Shown here: positions 55,152 through 63,991 of the stretch, piece after piece
Layout: the number at the start of each line of letters is the position of its first letter
Position numbering within the stretch: the first letter of the stretch is position 1
From: Pyrinomonadaceae bacterium
Lineage (GTDB): Bacteria > Acidobacteriota > Blastocatellia > Pyrinomonadales > Pyrinomonadaceae
Assembly (NCBI GenBank): GCA_035273405.1
Contig: DATEPC010000108.1
Span: 12,126 to 76,125, forward strand
Direction: 5' to 3'
DNA: 64,000 nt
Notes under the pieces: model-generated
The model's database searches: none
What the model was told of the DNA's origin: nothing
The model's input: only the letters and a program-made list of their open reading frames with translations
Position numbers and translations under genes: made by a program

Positions 55152-55907
55152 TCACATCGCTAAACCGCCATCCACCTGTAGCACCTGGCCCGTGATGTAA
55201 CGCGCGTCGTCTGAAAGAAGGAAGCACGCGATGCGGGCGACTTCATCGGCTTCGGCAAAGCGGCCGAGGGGAATCTGCTCGATTATTTTCGCTTGATAAC
55301 TTTCGTCGAGACCGCTGGCCATGTCCGTCGCGACCATGCCGAGCGCGAGCGCGTTTACGGTGACCTTCCGGCTCGCAACTTCGCGCGCCAGTGCCTTCGT
55401 CAATCCAATCATCCCCGCTTTCGAAGCCGAATAATTTGATTGCCCAGCCATGCCGACTACGCCGCTGATCGAAGTGATGTTTAGGATCGAGCCGCCTCCA
55501 TCCTGACGTAGCATCACGCGCACGGCGGCTTTGGAAAAGTTCCAGGCGCCTTTTAAGTTCGTGTCGATCACAGCGTCCCAATCTTCTTCTTTCATGCGCA
55601 AGATCAAAGTGTCCCGCACGATGCCGGCGTTGTTGACGAGAAAATCAATCCTGCCGAAAGCGTCTTTCGTCTGCTTCACCATTTCAGCCGCTTCATCCGT
55701 CCTGGCAACGTCGCTCTGAGTCGCAAGCGCGCGCACCCCGAGCGCCTCAATTTCGGATTTCAAAGTCTCGGCAGCTTCGGCACTCTTCGCATAATTGAAC
55801 GCGATGTCGGCGCCGCGCCGCGCGAGCTCAAGCGCGATGGCGCGACCGATGCCTCGCGTCGCGCCGGTGACGATGGCTGATTTGCCGGAAAATTGTTTTT
55901 CGCTCAA
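55152..55907 (-). CDS. fabG: 3-oxoacyl-ACP reductase FabG-like SDR
   Basis: TGATRGIGRAIA, NNAG, and catalytic YSASKAG. Confidence 0.85.
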   Translation of the reverse strand: MSEKQFSGKSAIVTGATRGIGRAIALELARRGADIAFNYAKSAEAAETLKSEIEALGVRALATQSDVARTDEAAEMVKQTKDAFGRIDFLVNNAGIVRDTLILRMKEEDWDAVIDTNLKGAWNFSKAAVRVMLRQDGGGSILNITSISGVVGMAGQSNYSASKAGMIGLTKALAREVASRKVTVNALALGMVATDMASGLDESYQAKIIEQIPLGRFAEADEVARIACFLLSDDARYITGQVLQVDGGLAM

Positions 55908-55943
55908 ATGAGTTGCTCCTTATATTACCGTTTTTGATGGAGA

Positions 55944-57128
55944 CTAACGTCGACGGATTCTATTTCCATCTTTGTCGTAATTCATCGATCGCGTCCACCC
56001 GGCGGCGTTCCAGATAACGTCAAAGATTGGTCGTAACAGCGCTTCACTTCTTATGCGTCTATCTTCAATCAGAACTTCGGGTATTAGCATCGTATCGCGA
56101 TCGATAGCAGTTTGGTCGACCCGATGCCGATTTTCGACATGCATCATGAATCCCCTTACACCAAGCAGGCTCAAGAGCATGAAGATTGGTTCATCAACCC
56201 CTAGAGATGCTTGCGCCTGCAAATAGCGCGGGAGTTCCTCGATTAACCTGTCTTCAAGCCAAGTAATTGGGAAGAATTTCCTATTGGCGTCAACCCTCTC
56301 GTCCAAGTCGGCTAACACAGCCTCAATCACGCCACCTGCCGCAAAGAGCTGCACGTAAGACTCAGCGGCTCCTTGGCTTGTGTTGTGTGAGATCAAACCA
56401 TCGAAGTTATACCGTGGAGCAGAATAACTGCCGTACGTCATCAAAGGACGCAGAGTATCCGATTGACCAGCTAAGGACGACACATCTAACCTGCTCAGAT
56501 CAAACGCACTCATTGGTAACAGGTGTAAGACGGCAATTGGCGGGTCCCTCAGTTGGACAGGAGTGTCGGAAGCCAAGATTTTACTGACGCGGTCAATTCG
56601 AAAATCCCTGGCTTTGGTTCCAAAGGATTCCGATGCGCTAAATGCGGCGCGTAGCTGCGAGAAATCCAACTGGTATTTTCCCGCGGAACTCCGTGCATAG
56701 AATCGCGAACTACCTTTGAAAGAAACCATGTGCGGTGCGGCATAGCTTTTGGACACACGGATTAGCAAAACGATACGGCCATTTGCTAGAGGAATGGGCT
56801 GAATCAGCACAGGCAGTCGTGGGTTAATACCATCGCGAATGATACTCTCCAGTCTGAGCTTTTCCTGATCTAGATTCTGCGAAGGAATCCCGACCAATTC
56901 AACAGCTGCCCCATTCTCTTCACGAACACCGTAAAGAAGAACCCCACCCGATGTGTTCGCAAATGAGGAAACATCCGCTAGGAACTCCTTCTTTTCACTA
57001 TCAGTAGTGCCCGGTAACGAAAGTTTGTATTCAATCTTTCTAGCTTCTGGCACCCCCGACGAAACCAATGCTTGAAGATCGGACTCTTGGATATCATCAA
57101 TCGGTTTGTCGTGAATTGATCTGATCAT
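55944..57128 (-). CDS. AlbA_2 (Schlafen-like putative nucleic-acid-binding) domain protein with an uncharacterised C-terminal region
   Basis: N-terminus EARKIEYKLSLP...EFLADVSSFANTSGGVLLYGVREENG..VGI matches the AlbA_2 layout. The remaining 250 or so aa are unrecognised. AT-richer by hand count. Confidence 0.6.
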   Translation of the reverse strand: MIRSIHDKPIDDIQESDLQALVSSGVPEARKIEYKLSLPGTTDSEKKEFLADVSSFANTSGGVLLYGVREENGAAVELVGIPSQNLDQEKLRLESIIRDGINPRLPVLIQPIPLANGRIVLLIRVSKSYAAPHMVSFKGSSRFYARSSAGKYQLDFSQLRAAFSASESFGTKARDFRIDRVSKILASDTPVQLRDPPIAVLHLLPMSAFDLSRLDVSSLAGQSDTLRPLMTYGSYSAPRYNFDGLISHNTSQGAAESYVQLFAAGGVIEAVLADLDERVDANRKFFPITWLEDRLIEELPRYLQAQASLGVDEPIFMLLSLLGVRGFMMHVENRHRVDQTAIDRDTMLIPEVLIEDRRIRSEALLRPIFDVIWNAAGWTRSMNYDKDGNRIRRR

Positions 57129-57152
57129 CAGAAGCTCAATACCAACGATACT

Positions 57153-60100
57153 TCACGTCGTCAGTCGACGGTAAATTCCCGGCAGCCGCTCAGGCAGAGA
57201 CAGCACATCATCGATGATCGTGTAACCGACTTCGCCATAAAGATCGCGCAATTCGCTTTCGGATTCGCGATCGATCGTGATGCAGAACGGCGTGATGCCG
57301 CGCACCTTCGCGTTCACCAAAGCTTCGCGGGTGTCTTCGCGCGCGTAACGCGCGTCGCCGTAATCGTGATCGTAGGGCCGTCCGTCCGACAGAACGATCA
57401 GCAGACGAGTGCGCGCTTCCTGTTGTTCAAGCTTCGCCGTGGCGTGGCGAATCGCCGCGCCCAAACGCGTGTTGTTCTGATAGGTAATGCCGCCAATTCG
57501 TCGCATGACCTCGTCCGAGTAATGCTCGTCAAAGTCTTTCAGCACATAGAACTTCACATTGCGACGGCCTTCGGAGGTGAAGCCGTTGATCGAATAGACA
57601 TCGCCGACGGCTTCGAGCGCTTCGCTCATCAGCACGAGGCCTTCTTTCTCGATCTCGATGATGCGCCGGCCGGGATGCGTGTAAGGCTGAAGCGGATGGC
57701 GGCCAATGGTGCGCGCCGTCGATGAAGACTGATCGAGCAGGAAAGAAACAGCGACGTCGCGACGCCGGCGCAGGCGTTTGGTGTAGATGCGCTCGGATGG
57801 TTGACCGTCGGCGCGCCGATCAATGAAGTAATCGACGACGGCGTTCAGATCGTAGTCTTCGCCGTCCAACTCGTTCACGATGCGCGTCAGGTTCTCAGGC
57901 TTCAGCAACTGAAACTGATGGCGGATTGAAGACATGACGCCTTTGTAGCGTTCGCGCGTTTCATCGACGAACGTGCGGCTGCCTCGCTTCACTTTCTTTT
58001 CCACGACGCGGCACCAGCCGACCCGGTGGTCGGTCAGCTCGCGATCCCATTCGTCGTAATTGAACGCGATCTCGCCTTCTTCCAGGCCGTGCTCAGGCGT
58101 CTCACCCTCGCTCCACGCCTCGCTGCCTTCCAGTTCGTCGAATTCGCCTTCAGCCTCGGTGTTCCACGCATTGAACAGTTCGCGCGCGTCGCGACGCTGT
58201 GGCTGCCGATCGCGCTCGCGTTGCGCCAACATCTCTTCGGCGAGTTTGCTTGCGTCTTCCTGATCCTGTTCGTCGGGAACCTCGATCTGCTTCTCGGCAT
58301 CTTCCATCGAGATCGATTGGAAGAGATCGTACACGCGACCTGTTGCCATCAAAGTGTCTGCGACTGTGGCGTTAAGATCGTTTAGGTAGTCCGCCACCAC
58401 GGTCTCTAACTCAGAGACGATCTGCCGGTAGAAATCTCGCGCGTCATCCAGCGCGCCGCCGAGCATCGTGATCTGAAACAGCAATTCGAACGGGACCAGC
58501 GTTGCCGGCAGATCGATTATCTTTGGCCGGCGGCTTCGCAGGTGTGCCCGAATCAGATCGAGGTCGCGATTGAGCCCGCGGTATTGCCTCCGCAGCCGGC
58601 GATCGATGCGGCCATTCTCAAGCGTGCCGAAGATGCGTCGCGCGAGCGCGGGAATCGGAAATAATTGGAGGACATCGGAGTAGCTGGCTCTTACACCCTC
58701 CCCGCGTGCGGGGAGGGATGGGGTGGGGTTAGTGCGCGTGCCAACCTCTCCCCAACCCCTCTCCGCATGCGGAGAGGGGCTCTGCCCCTGCTCCGCGGCA
58801 GCTATATCAGGCAAATATCCATCGTCCGCGAACGCGGCGCGCTCGTCCTGGTTTGCGGGGTCGAAACGCGCCGCGAGGGACGCGTAAGCCGCTCGCAAAT
58901 CGTCCGTCGCTTGGTCGTAAGTGCCGAATTCGATTTGTCCGGCCGCATGCGCCGCCAGCACTTTGTAAAGCCGAAAGTCTAGTTCATCGTCGCCGAAATC
59001 AGAGACTGCCGCCGGCAAGTAAATTGTACTGCCATCGCCGATGCGTGCCTCAACCGGCACCGCGGCAACCGAAGCAATCTCGACGGCGCGGCCGGTTAAC
59101 CCTTCGACGTACAGCCGCAGCAAATGCTGTATTGATTCGAGCGTGACGCCGCCGTGATCACTGGCGCGTAGTGCGTCGTTGCTGGTGCGCGTCTCAAGCG
59201 CGTAATAACTTCGCCGGGTGCGCATGTCGCTGGTAATCAGCCCTGCGCGCGCCCACGCTTCGAATTGATCGATCGAGACGGTGCGGAGAGCCTTCGCGCT
59301 GGAACGCAGACAGGCCAACGCGCTCTCGCCGTCCGTCCGCGCCACATCGCGCGTGAGGCTGATTACCCGGCGCACCAGATCTACCGCGCGAGCGTGTTGA
59401 GTTTCTGTCTCAATCGATCGAAAGACGCCTGGACAAGTTCGCGTAAAGGCCACCAGTCCCGCATTGCCGTGCGCCGCCACCGCCCAAAGAAGATCGACCC
59501 ACTCATCGAAACACTCGGGAGCTGTCCGCAGGATGTCGCCCCCGGCAATTAGGACTTGCAGCGCGGCGCCCCCACCGCGTTCGAGAAAACCGCGTGCGCG
59601 CCGAATTAATTTGAGCGCGTTGTCGGGATCGAGTCGCGCGGTTGCCGCCGGAATCGAAACCCACGCATCAGCAGCGATGCCGCCGGCGTGTTCGGCAAAC
59701 GATTTTGCGAGTTCGACAGCGGCAATTAATAAGCTCTCGTTCCTGTTTAGAGGCGGGCTACTGCCCGCTATTGTTTGGCGATCGGCGGTAGATTGAGCCC
59801 CTCTCCGCGTGCGGAGAGGGGTTGGGGAGAGGTTGGCCGACCGCTCAACCCCACCCAAACCCTCCCCACTTGTGGGAAGGGCTTTCGAACCGCTCGTTTC
59901 GCAAACCGCCGCCACCACCGCCGGCGTCGCAGTCAAAAACTCCGCGCTGTGCTTCGCTGATCGACGCGAGATGCTAGCCGCGATTTCATAGATCGAGCGA
60001 AGCAGTTCGGAATCTTCGACTGCGTCAGCCAGTGCGGGCGCGTCGCGAAATGTTTCGGCCGCGATCGTTGCCGACAGAATCATCTGCCGCGAACAAACCT

Positions 60101-60479
60101 GGAACACGAAAGGCCGGACCGGCGCCGGCACGCGCGCGAATTCGGCGGTCCCGGCGGTAAAGAAACTGATGCCGCTCTCGACATCGTTCGTCGTCAGCCG
60201 CCGACCCAACTCGCCCCACGCCCGTAGTTCTGCCGGCTCCAGAAGATGGGCCGCTTCCGGCGTTGCGCGTAAGAATTCAATGCTCGCGCGCAGAGAAACC
60301 GCCGCGATCGAGGCGCTGCTTTCGATCGCAGCGCGCACATGTTCCAGAGGCAAATTACTGACTGCGCGAAGCAATTCGGCAATCGTGCGCCGCTCCCGCG
60401 GGTTCTTAACTGAACGCAGGTGCTGCTCGATTTGGTCTGCAAGGTTCGGCTCTTCGCCGGTTTTGATATGTTCAGACAA
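57153..60479 (-). CDS. CbbO/NorD-like von Willebrand factor A protein (1108 aa)
   Basis: The C-terminal vWA domain has a MIDAS motif (LLDQSSS) and [14 protein letters not shown]. An acidic stretch and NYDEWDREL...WCRVVEK precede the vWA domain, as in NorD/CbbO. Two repeat-derived inserts lie in the N-terminal half. Confidence 0.7.
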   Translation of the reverse strand: MSEHIKTGEEPNLADQIEQHLRSVKNPRERRTIAELLRAVSNLPLEHVRAAIESSASIAAVSLRASIEFLRATPEAAHLLEPAELRAWGELGRRLTTNDVESGISFFTAGTAEFARVPAPVRPFVFQVCSRQMILSATIAAETFRDAPALADAVEDSELLRSIYEIAASISRRSAKHSAEFLTATPAVVAAVCETSGSKALPTSGEGLGGVERSANLSPTPLRTRRGAQSTADRQTIAGSSPPLNRNESLLIAAVELAKSFAEHAGGIAADAWVSIPAATARLDPDNALKLIRRARGFLERGGGAALQVLIAGGDILRTAPECFDEWVDLLWAVAAHGNAGLVAFTRTCPGVFRSIETETQHARAVDLVRRVISLTRDVARTDGESALACLRSSAKALRTVSIDQFEAWARAGLITSDMRTRRSYYALETRTSNDALRASDHGGVTLESIQHLLRLYVEGLTGRAVEIASVAAVPVEARIGDGSTIYLPAAVSDFGDDELDFRLYKVLAAHAAGQIEFGTYDQATDDLRAAYASLAARFDPANQDERAAFADDGYLPDIAAAEQGQSPSPHAERGWGEVGTRTNPTPSLPARGEGVRASYSDVLQLFPIPALARRIFGTLENGRIDRRLRRQYRGLNRDLDLIRAHLRSRRPKIIDLPATLVPFELLFQITMLGGALDDARDFYRQIVSELETVVADYLNDLNATVADTLMATGRVYDLFQSISMEDAEKQIEVPDEQDQEDASKLAEEMLAQRERDRQPQRRDARELFNAWNTEAEGEFDELEGSEAWSEGETPEHGLEEGEIAFNYDEWDRELTDHRVGWCRVVEKKVKRGSRTFVDETRERYKGVMSSIRHQFQLLKPENLTRIVNELDGEDYDLNAVVDYFIDRRADGQPSERIYTKRLRRRRDVAVSFLLDQSSSTARTIGRHPLQPYTHPGRRIIEIEKEGLVLMSEALEAVGDVYSINGFTSEGRRNVKFYVLKDFDEHYSDEVMRRIGGITYQNNTRLGAAIRHATAKLEQQEARTRLLIVLSDGRPYDHDYGDARYAREDTREALVNAKVRGITPFCITIDRESESELRDLYGEVGYTIIDDVLSLPERLPGIYRRLTT
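58696..58779. repeat. REPIN-C doublet inside the CbbO/NorD-like CDS (in frame)
   Basis: ccctccccgc-gtgc-ggggaggg + atggggtgggg, a spacer, then acctctccccaac + ccctctccgc-atgc-ggagaggg. Confidence 0.75.
59798..59881. repeat. REPIN-C doublet inside the CbbO/NorD-like CDS (in frame, opposite orientation to 58696-58779)
   Basis: cccctctccgc-gtgc-ggagagggg + ttggggagaggt, a spacer, then ccccacccaaac + cctccccac-ttgt-gggaaggg. Confidence 0.75.
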
Positions 60480-60598
60480 TTGAAAGATTCAAAAGAAAAC
60501 GCGTTGCGCCTTGAGCCAAGTATAGAACCAGCGGTGACCCAATCCAATCGCTACTCGTGTTAGCATCACGCCGCTAACCTTAAAGAAGGAGCCCACGA

Positions 60599-61077
60599 AT
60601 GAATCAACGAAGCAAATCGGACTAGTAACATTCCTGGCGCTTGGTTTTTTTTCAGCGCTTTGTTTTACTTCGGCGATAGCTCAGACCAATCTCGCACGTT
60701 TAAAAGCCTGGGAAGGTAAGTACCCAACCGAACGAAAAGGAAGAATTACGCGCCGCTTTTTCAGCGACGCGACGATCCGAAACTCGCTTGCCAGGCTTTT
60801 GAGTCCAGACGACTTCGCGCTACTAACGAAAGAATATTCAGTCGAAACGCCGATCATGCGGGCGGGCGATTATCTCACCGTCAAAGTCTGCAGGCCGCAC
60901 CTGTGTCCCGAGCAGGCAGCATTCGCGATTAATCTGACAACTGGAGTCGTCTATGTGCGAATGGCCATCGATGAGAACGCGAAATGGTTTAGTTCGAAGG
61001 GCAACGACTCAGACCTTCCGCGAAATGTCCGAGACTACATGGAAGATTTTTCTAAGACGGAAATCGATTCGCCTTAA
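60599..61077 (+). pseudogene. Ivy-like (CxPHxC loop) periplasmic protein with an apparent 1-nt frameshift after codon 6
   Basis: ATG 60599 has AAGGAG 7 nt upstream and reads MNQRSKSD-stop. Shifting frame at the AAA run (60614-60616) gives MNQRSK-IGLVTFLALGFFSALCFTSAIAQ, a signal peptide that continues into ORF 60799..61077. That ORF contains YLTVKVCRPHLCPEQAAFAI. Confidence 0.45.
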
Positions 61078-61880
61078 ATCACCGTCGTCACGATCTCTCG
61101 AATGCTGCGCTGCAGATCGCGATCGTCGGTGATCGGTGAGCACATCGCGACCTCGGCGGCGCGCGTCGGTGGAATGCCGTTGGCGATCAGTTGCGCGGCG
61201 TAAATCAACAAACGGGTCGAGACGCCTTCTTCCAATCCGTGACCGCGCAGATTGCGCACCTTCTGACCGATCAAAACGAGATCGCGCGCCGTGCCTTCGT
61301 CGATGCCGCCTTCATGCGCGACGATCGCGGCTTCCAGTTCCGACGACGGGTAATCAAAATCAATCGCGATAAATCTTTGCCGCGTTGATTGCTTCAAGTC
61401 CTTGAGAATCGATTGATAACCCGGATTGTAAGACACGACGAGCATGAAATCCGTCGGCGCGTCGAGGACCGTGCCGCGCTTTTCAATCGGCAGACGCCGT
61501 CGATGATCGGTAAGCGGATGGATGATGACGACTGTGTCTTTGCGTGCTTCAACAACTTCGTCGAGGTAACAAATTGCTCCATGGCGCACGGCCGACGTCA
61601 GCGGCCCATCGTGCCAGACTGTCTCTTCCCCTTCGATCAAAAAACGGCCGACGAGATCAGTTGAGGAAAGATCTTCGTGGCAGGCGACCGTGATCAGCGG
61701 GCGCTCCAGACGCCACGCCATGTGCTCGACAAAGCGGGTCTTGCCACAGCCCGTCGGCCCTTTCAGAATCACCGGCAGCTTTGCCGCGTGCGCGGCTTCA
61801 AACAAACCAACTTCGTTGTCGACGGGCAGGTAATAGGGCTCGTCAGCTATGCGATATTCTTCTATGGCGCGTTCAGGCAT
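61074..61880 (-). CDS. CbbQ/NorQ/NirQ-family MoxR-type AAA+ ATPase
   Basis: Walker A is GPTGCGKT and Walker B is CYLDEV. Also [33 protein letters not shown] and PITDDRD. Start taken at ATG 61880 (MPERAIEEY) because the longer ORF is REP-encoded. Confidence 0.85.
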   Translation of the reverse strand: MPERAIEEYRIADEPYYLPVDNEVGLFEAAHAAKLPVILKGPTGCGKTRFVEHMAWRLERPLITVACHEDLSSTDLVGRFLIEGEETVWHDGPLTSAVRHGAICYLDEVVEARKDTVVIIHPLTDHRRRLPIEKRGTVLDAPTDFMLVVSYNPGYQSILKDLKQSTRQRFIAIDFDYPSSELEAAIVAHEGGIDEGTARDLVLIGQKVRNLRGHGLEEGVSTRLLIYAAQLIANGIPPTRAAEVAMCSPITDDRDLQRSIREIVTTVI

Positions 61881-61958
61881 TCTGGGTACGCACGTCTCCG
61901 GCGTGCATTTCTGAATCTCATTATCACACAGATAGCACACCTGAGGCGTGCGTACCTA
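61878..61958. repeat. REP-H inverted doublet left of the decayed RAYT
   Basis: cattctgggtacgcacgtctccggcgtgc (reverse orientation, contains the cbbQ-like start codon) and gcacacctgaggcgtgcgtacc (forward). Confidence 0.7.
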
Positions 61959-62577
61959 AGCGTCTCCGGGCACTACTCCAGCGCCAATCTTCCGGTTTCT
62001 CACACAGCCCTGCTTTAACCGGATTGTCTTCGATGTAAGTCAACGCGTTAAGAAAATGACTTGGTTACGAATGTAACGGTCAAATGGCTCACGCGCCCAG
62101 AACCGGCCCGTTCGTCCCAGGACTTTGTTACATTGATGTGCAGTAAAGCTTTTCCATGAATGCACGATCTGACTCATGGTGAACTCGGGGAGTGAAGAGC
62201 GTGTGCACGTGATTAGGCATAACACCCCACGAATGCAAGGCGTACCGGTGGCCATCGAAATGCAATAGAGCGACTTCGACGATCTCAGCCAGGCGGTGAT
62301 CTTGAAGAAAGCAAGATCCGTAGCCGCTATCAAGAAAATCCTGAATCCGCTTCCTCCATTCGAGATCGGCCTCTTATTTCGGGCGGGCTCTGAGTTCTTC
62401 ACGCCAACGGTTAAGCACTGATTGTGGCAGCGAATCAAAGATGTGAAACGAGACGTGCTGTGTCACGCCCTTGCCATCAAAGTGTGGGAAGTAACCGCGT
62501 GAATGCCAACCGTCGTGAGCGATGTCGATGGGCAGGACTATCCGGCTTTGGAATGACTTTGGCATTCGAGTGCGCAC
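61924..62577 (-). pseudogene. decayed REP-associated tyrosine transposase (second RAYT)
   Basis: The pieces are WHSRGYFPHFD, an in-frame TAA at 62374-62376, then GVMPNHVHTLFTP (HUH) in the same frame. A frameshift lies near the GGGG run at 62187-62190, followed by SQIVHSWKSFTAHQCNKVLGRTGRFWAREPFDRYIRNQ. A second frameshift lies near 62060-62064, followed by HFLNALTYIEDNPVKAGLCEKPEDWRWSSA. Confidence 0.75.
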
Positions 62578-62646
62578 GCCTTGTCGTGTTCATTATGATC
62601 TAAAGCGACGCGTAATTTATCATAGGGAACGAACACGAAACGAAAA

Positions 62647-62675
62647 GCACGCCGGAGGCGTGCGTACCCAGAATG
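62647..62675. repeat. REP-H copy right of the decayed RAYT
   Basis: gcacgccggaggcgtgcgtacccagaATG. The 7-bp stem is gcacgcc/ggcgtgc. The final ATG is the mnmA start codon. Confidence 0.7.
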
Positions 62676-63791
62676 AAAATCGCAGTCGCAATGTCAGGTG
62701 GCGTGGATTCTTCCGCAGCCGCGGCTATTTTGAAGGAGCAGGGCCACGAACTGGTCGGCTTTACGATGCAGTTGTGGAACCAGCGCCGCGGCCTCAGCGT
62801 CGACGAGAACGGCGAGCCGCTGCCTTCGCGCTGCTGCTCGCTCGACGACGTTTACGATGCGCGTCGCGTCGCCGAAGAACTATGCTTTCCGTTTTACGTG
62901 CTGAATCTGGAGAAGGAATTCGAGCGCGACGTCGTGCAGCCGTTCGTCAACAGCTACCTAAACGGCGAGACGCCGATTCCCTGCGTCGCCTGCAACAGCC
63001 GTTTGAAGTTTGCCTCGCTCGATAAGCTGGCGGCGAGTCTCGGTTGTGAGAAGGTTGCCACCGGGCATTACGCGCGCGTCGAGTTTGATGAGGGGAAGAA
63101 TCGTTATCGGCTTTTGCGGGGACGCGATCCGCAGAAGGACCAGTCCTACTTTCTTTGGGAGCTGACGCAGGATCAACTTTCGCGCTCGTTATTTCCGCTG
63201 GGCGAGCTCTCAAAGAATGATGCGCGCCAGGCCGCGCGTGAGAGTCATCTCGCCGTCGCGGAAAAAAAGGAGTCGCAGGAGATTTGTTTTGTCCCTGACG
63301 GTAATTATGCCGGCTTCATCGATCGATACCTCGAAGCTGAACAGCAAAGCGATCGGCTTCCCGGCGCCGGTGAGTTTGTGACCGCGGGCGGCGATGTGCT
63401 GGGTAGTCATACGGGCATTCATCGGTACACGGTTGGCCAGCGGCGCGGAATCGGCATCTCTGACGCGCGGCCCCTGTACGTGCTGAATGTCGATTCACAG
63501 ACGAACCGCGTGACTGTCGGCTATGATGATGAGTTGTTGAGAGGCGAGTTCACCGCCGCGGGCGTTAACTGGATCGCTTTAGACAATCCAACTGAGCGAG
63601 TGCTCTCAGAAGTGCGCGTGCGTTACCGGCACACGGCTGCGCCCGCGACGATTACACCGCAGTCCGGTAATCGAGCGGTAGTTAAATTTGACGAGCCGCA
63701 ACGTGCTATCACGCCGGGTCAGGCGACTGTGTTCTATCGCGGCGATGAAGTGCTGGGCGGCGGGTGGATCGTTAAGGAAGGGCGGCAGTAG
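62673..63791 (+). CDS. mnmA: tRNA 2-thiouridine(34) synthase MnmA
   Basis: [16 protein letters not shown]-loop, catalytic Cys contexts (CCSLDD, QEICFV), typical length. Confidence 0.92.
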   Translation: MKIAVAMSGGVDSSAAAAILKEQGHELVGFTMQLWNQRRGLSVDENGEPLPSRCCSLDDVYDARRVAEELCFPFYVLNLEKEFERDVVQPFVNSYLNGETPIPCVACNSRLKFASLDKLAASLGCEKVATGHYARVEFDEGKNRYRLLRGRDPQKDQSYFLWELTQDQLSRSLFPLGELSKNDARQAARESHLAVAEKKESQEICFVPDGNYAGFIDRYLEAEQQSDRLPGAGEFVTAGGDVLGSHTGIHRYTVGQRRGIGISDARPLYVLNVDSQTNRVTVGYDDELLRGEFTAAGVNWIALDNPTERVLSEVRVRYRHTAAPATITPQSGNRAVVKFDEPQRAITPGQATVFYRGDEVLGGGWIVKEGRQ

Positions 63792-63896
63792 ACAGAAAGC
63801 AGGCGGCAGGATATTGAAACTCATGCTGTCTGCCTCGTGCCGAGTGCCGCCTATGCGGCGGTAAACCTTTTCTGGCGCTCAGGCGTAATCACATCG

Positions 63897-63991
63897 TGTC
63901 AGAAGCCCGAGCGTCAGGGAGAGCGGTTCAGATCTCAGATCTCAAATTTGAGATCTAAGAGTTGCCCTCCTTTACCGTCGGGCTTCTGACA
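63897..63991. repeat. REP-E-like long hairpin downstream of mnmA
   Basis: tgtcagaagcccgagcgtcagggagagcgg ... gccctcctttaccgtcgggcttctgaca, with an inner agatctcaaatttgagatct palindrome. Confidence 0.6.

Noticed and set aside
60799-61077. Stand-alone 92-aa ORF starting at TTG 60799
   Set aside because: The open frame extends 260 nt further upstream and encodes a signal peptide there. The TTG has no ribosome-binding site. It is better explained as the 3' part of a frameshifted gene starting at ATG 60599.
57153-61880. Calling the ATPase/vWA pair norQ/norD (NO reductase maturation) or cbbQ/cbbO (RuBisCO activase)
   Set aside because: Family membership is clear, but no norCB or cbbLS is in the window. 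A specific physiological assignment would be unsupported, so both gene symbols were left blank.
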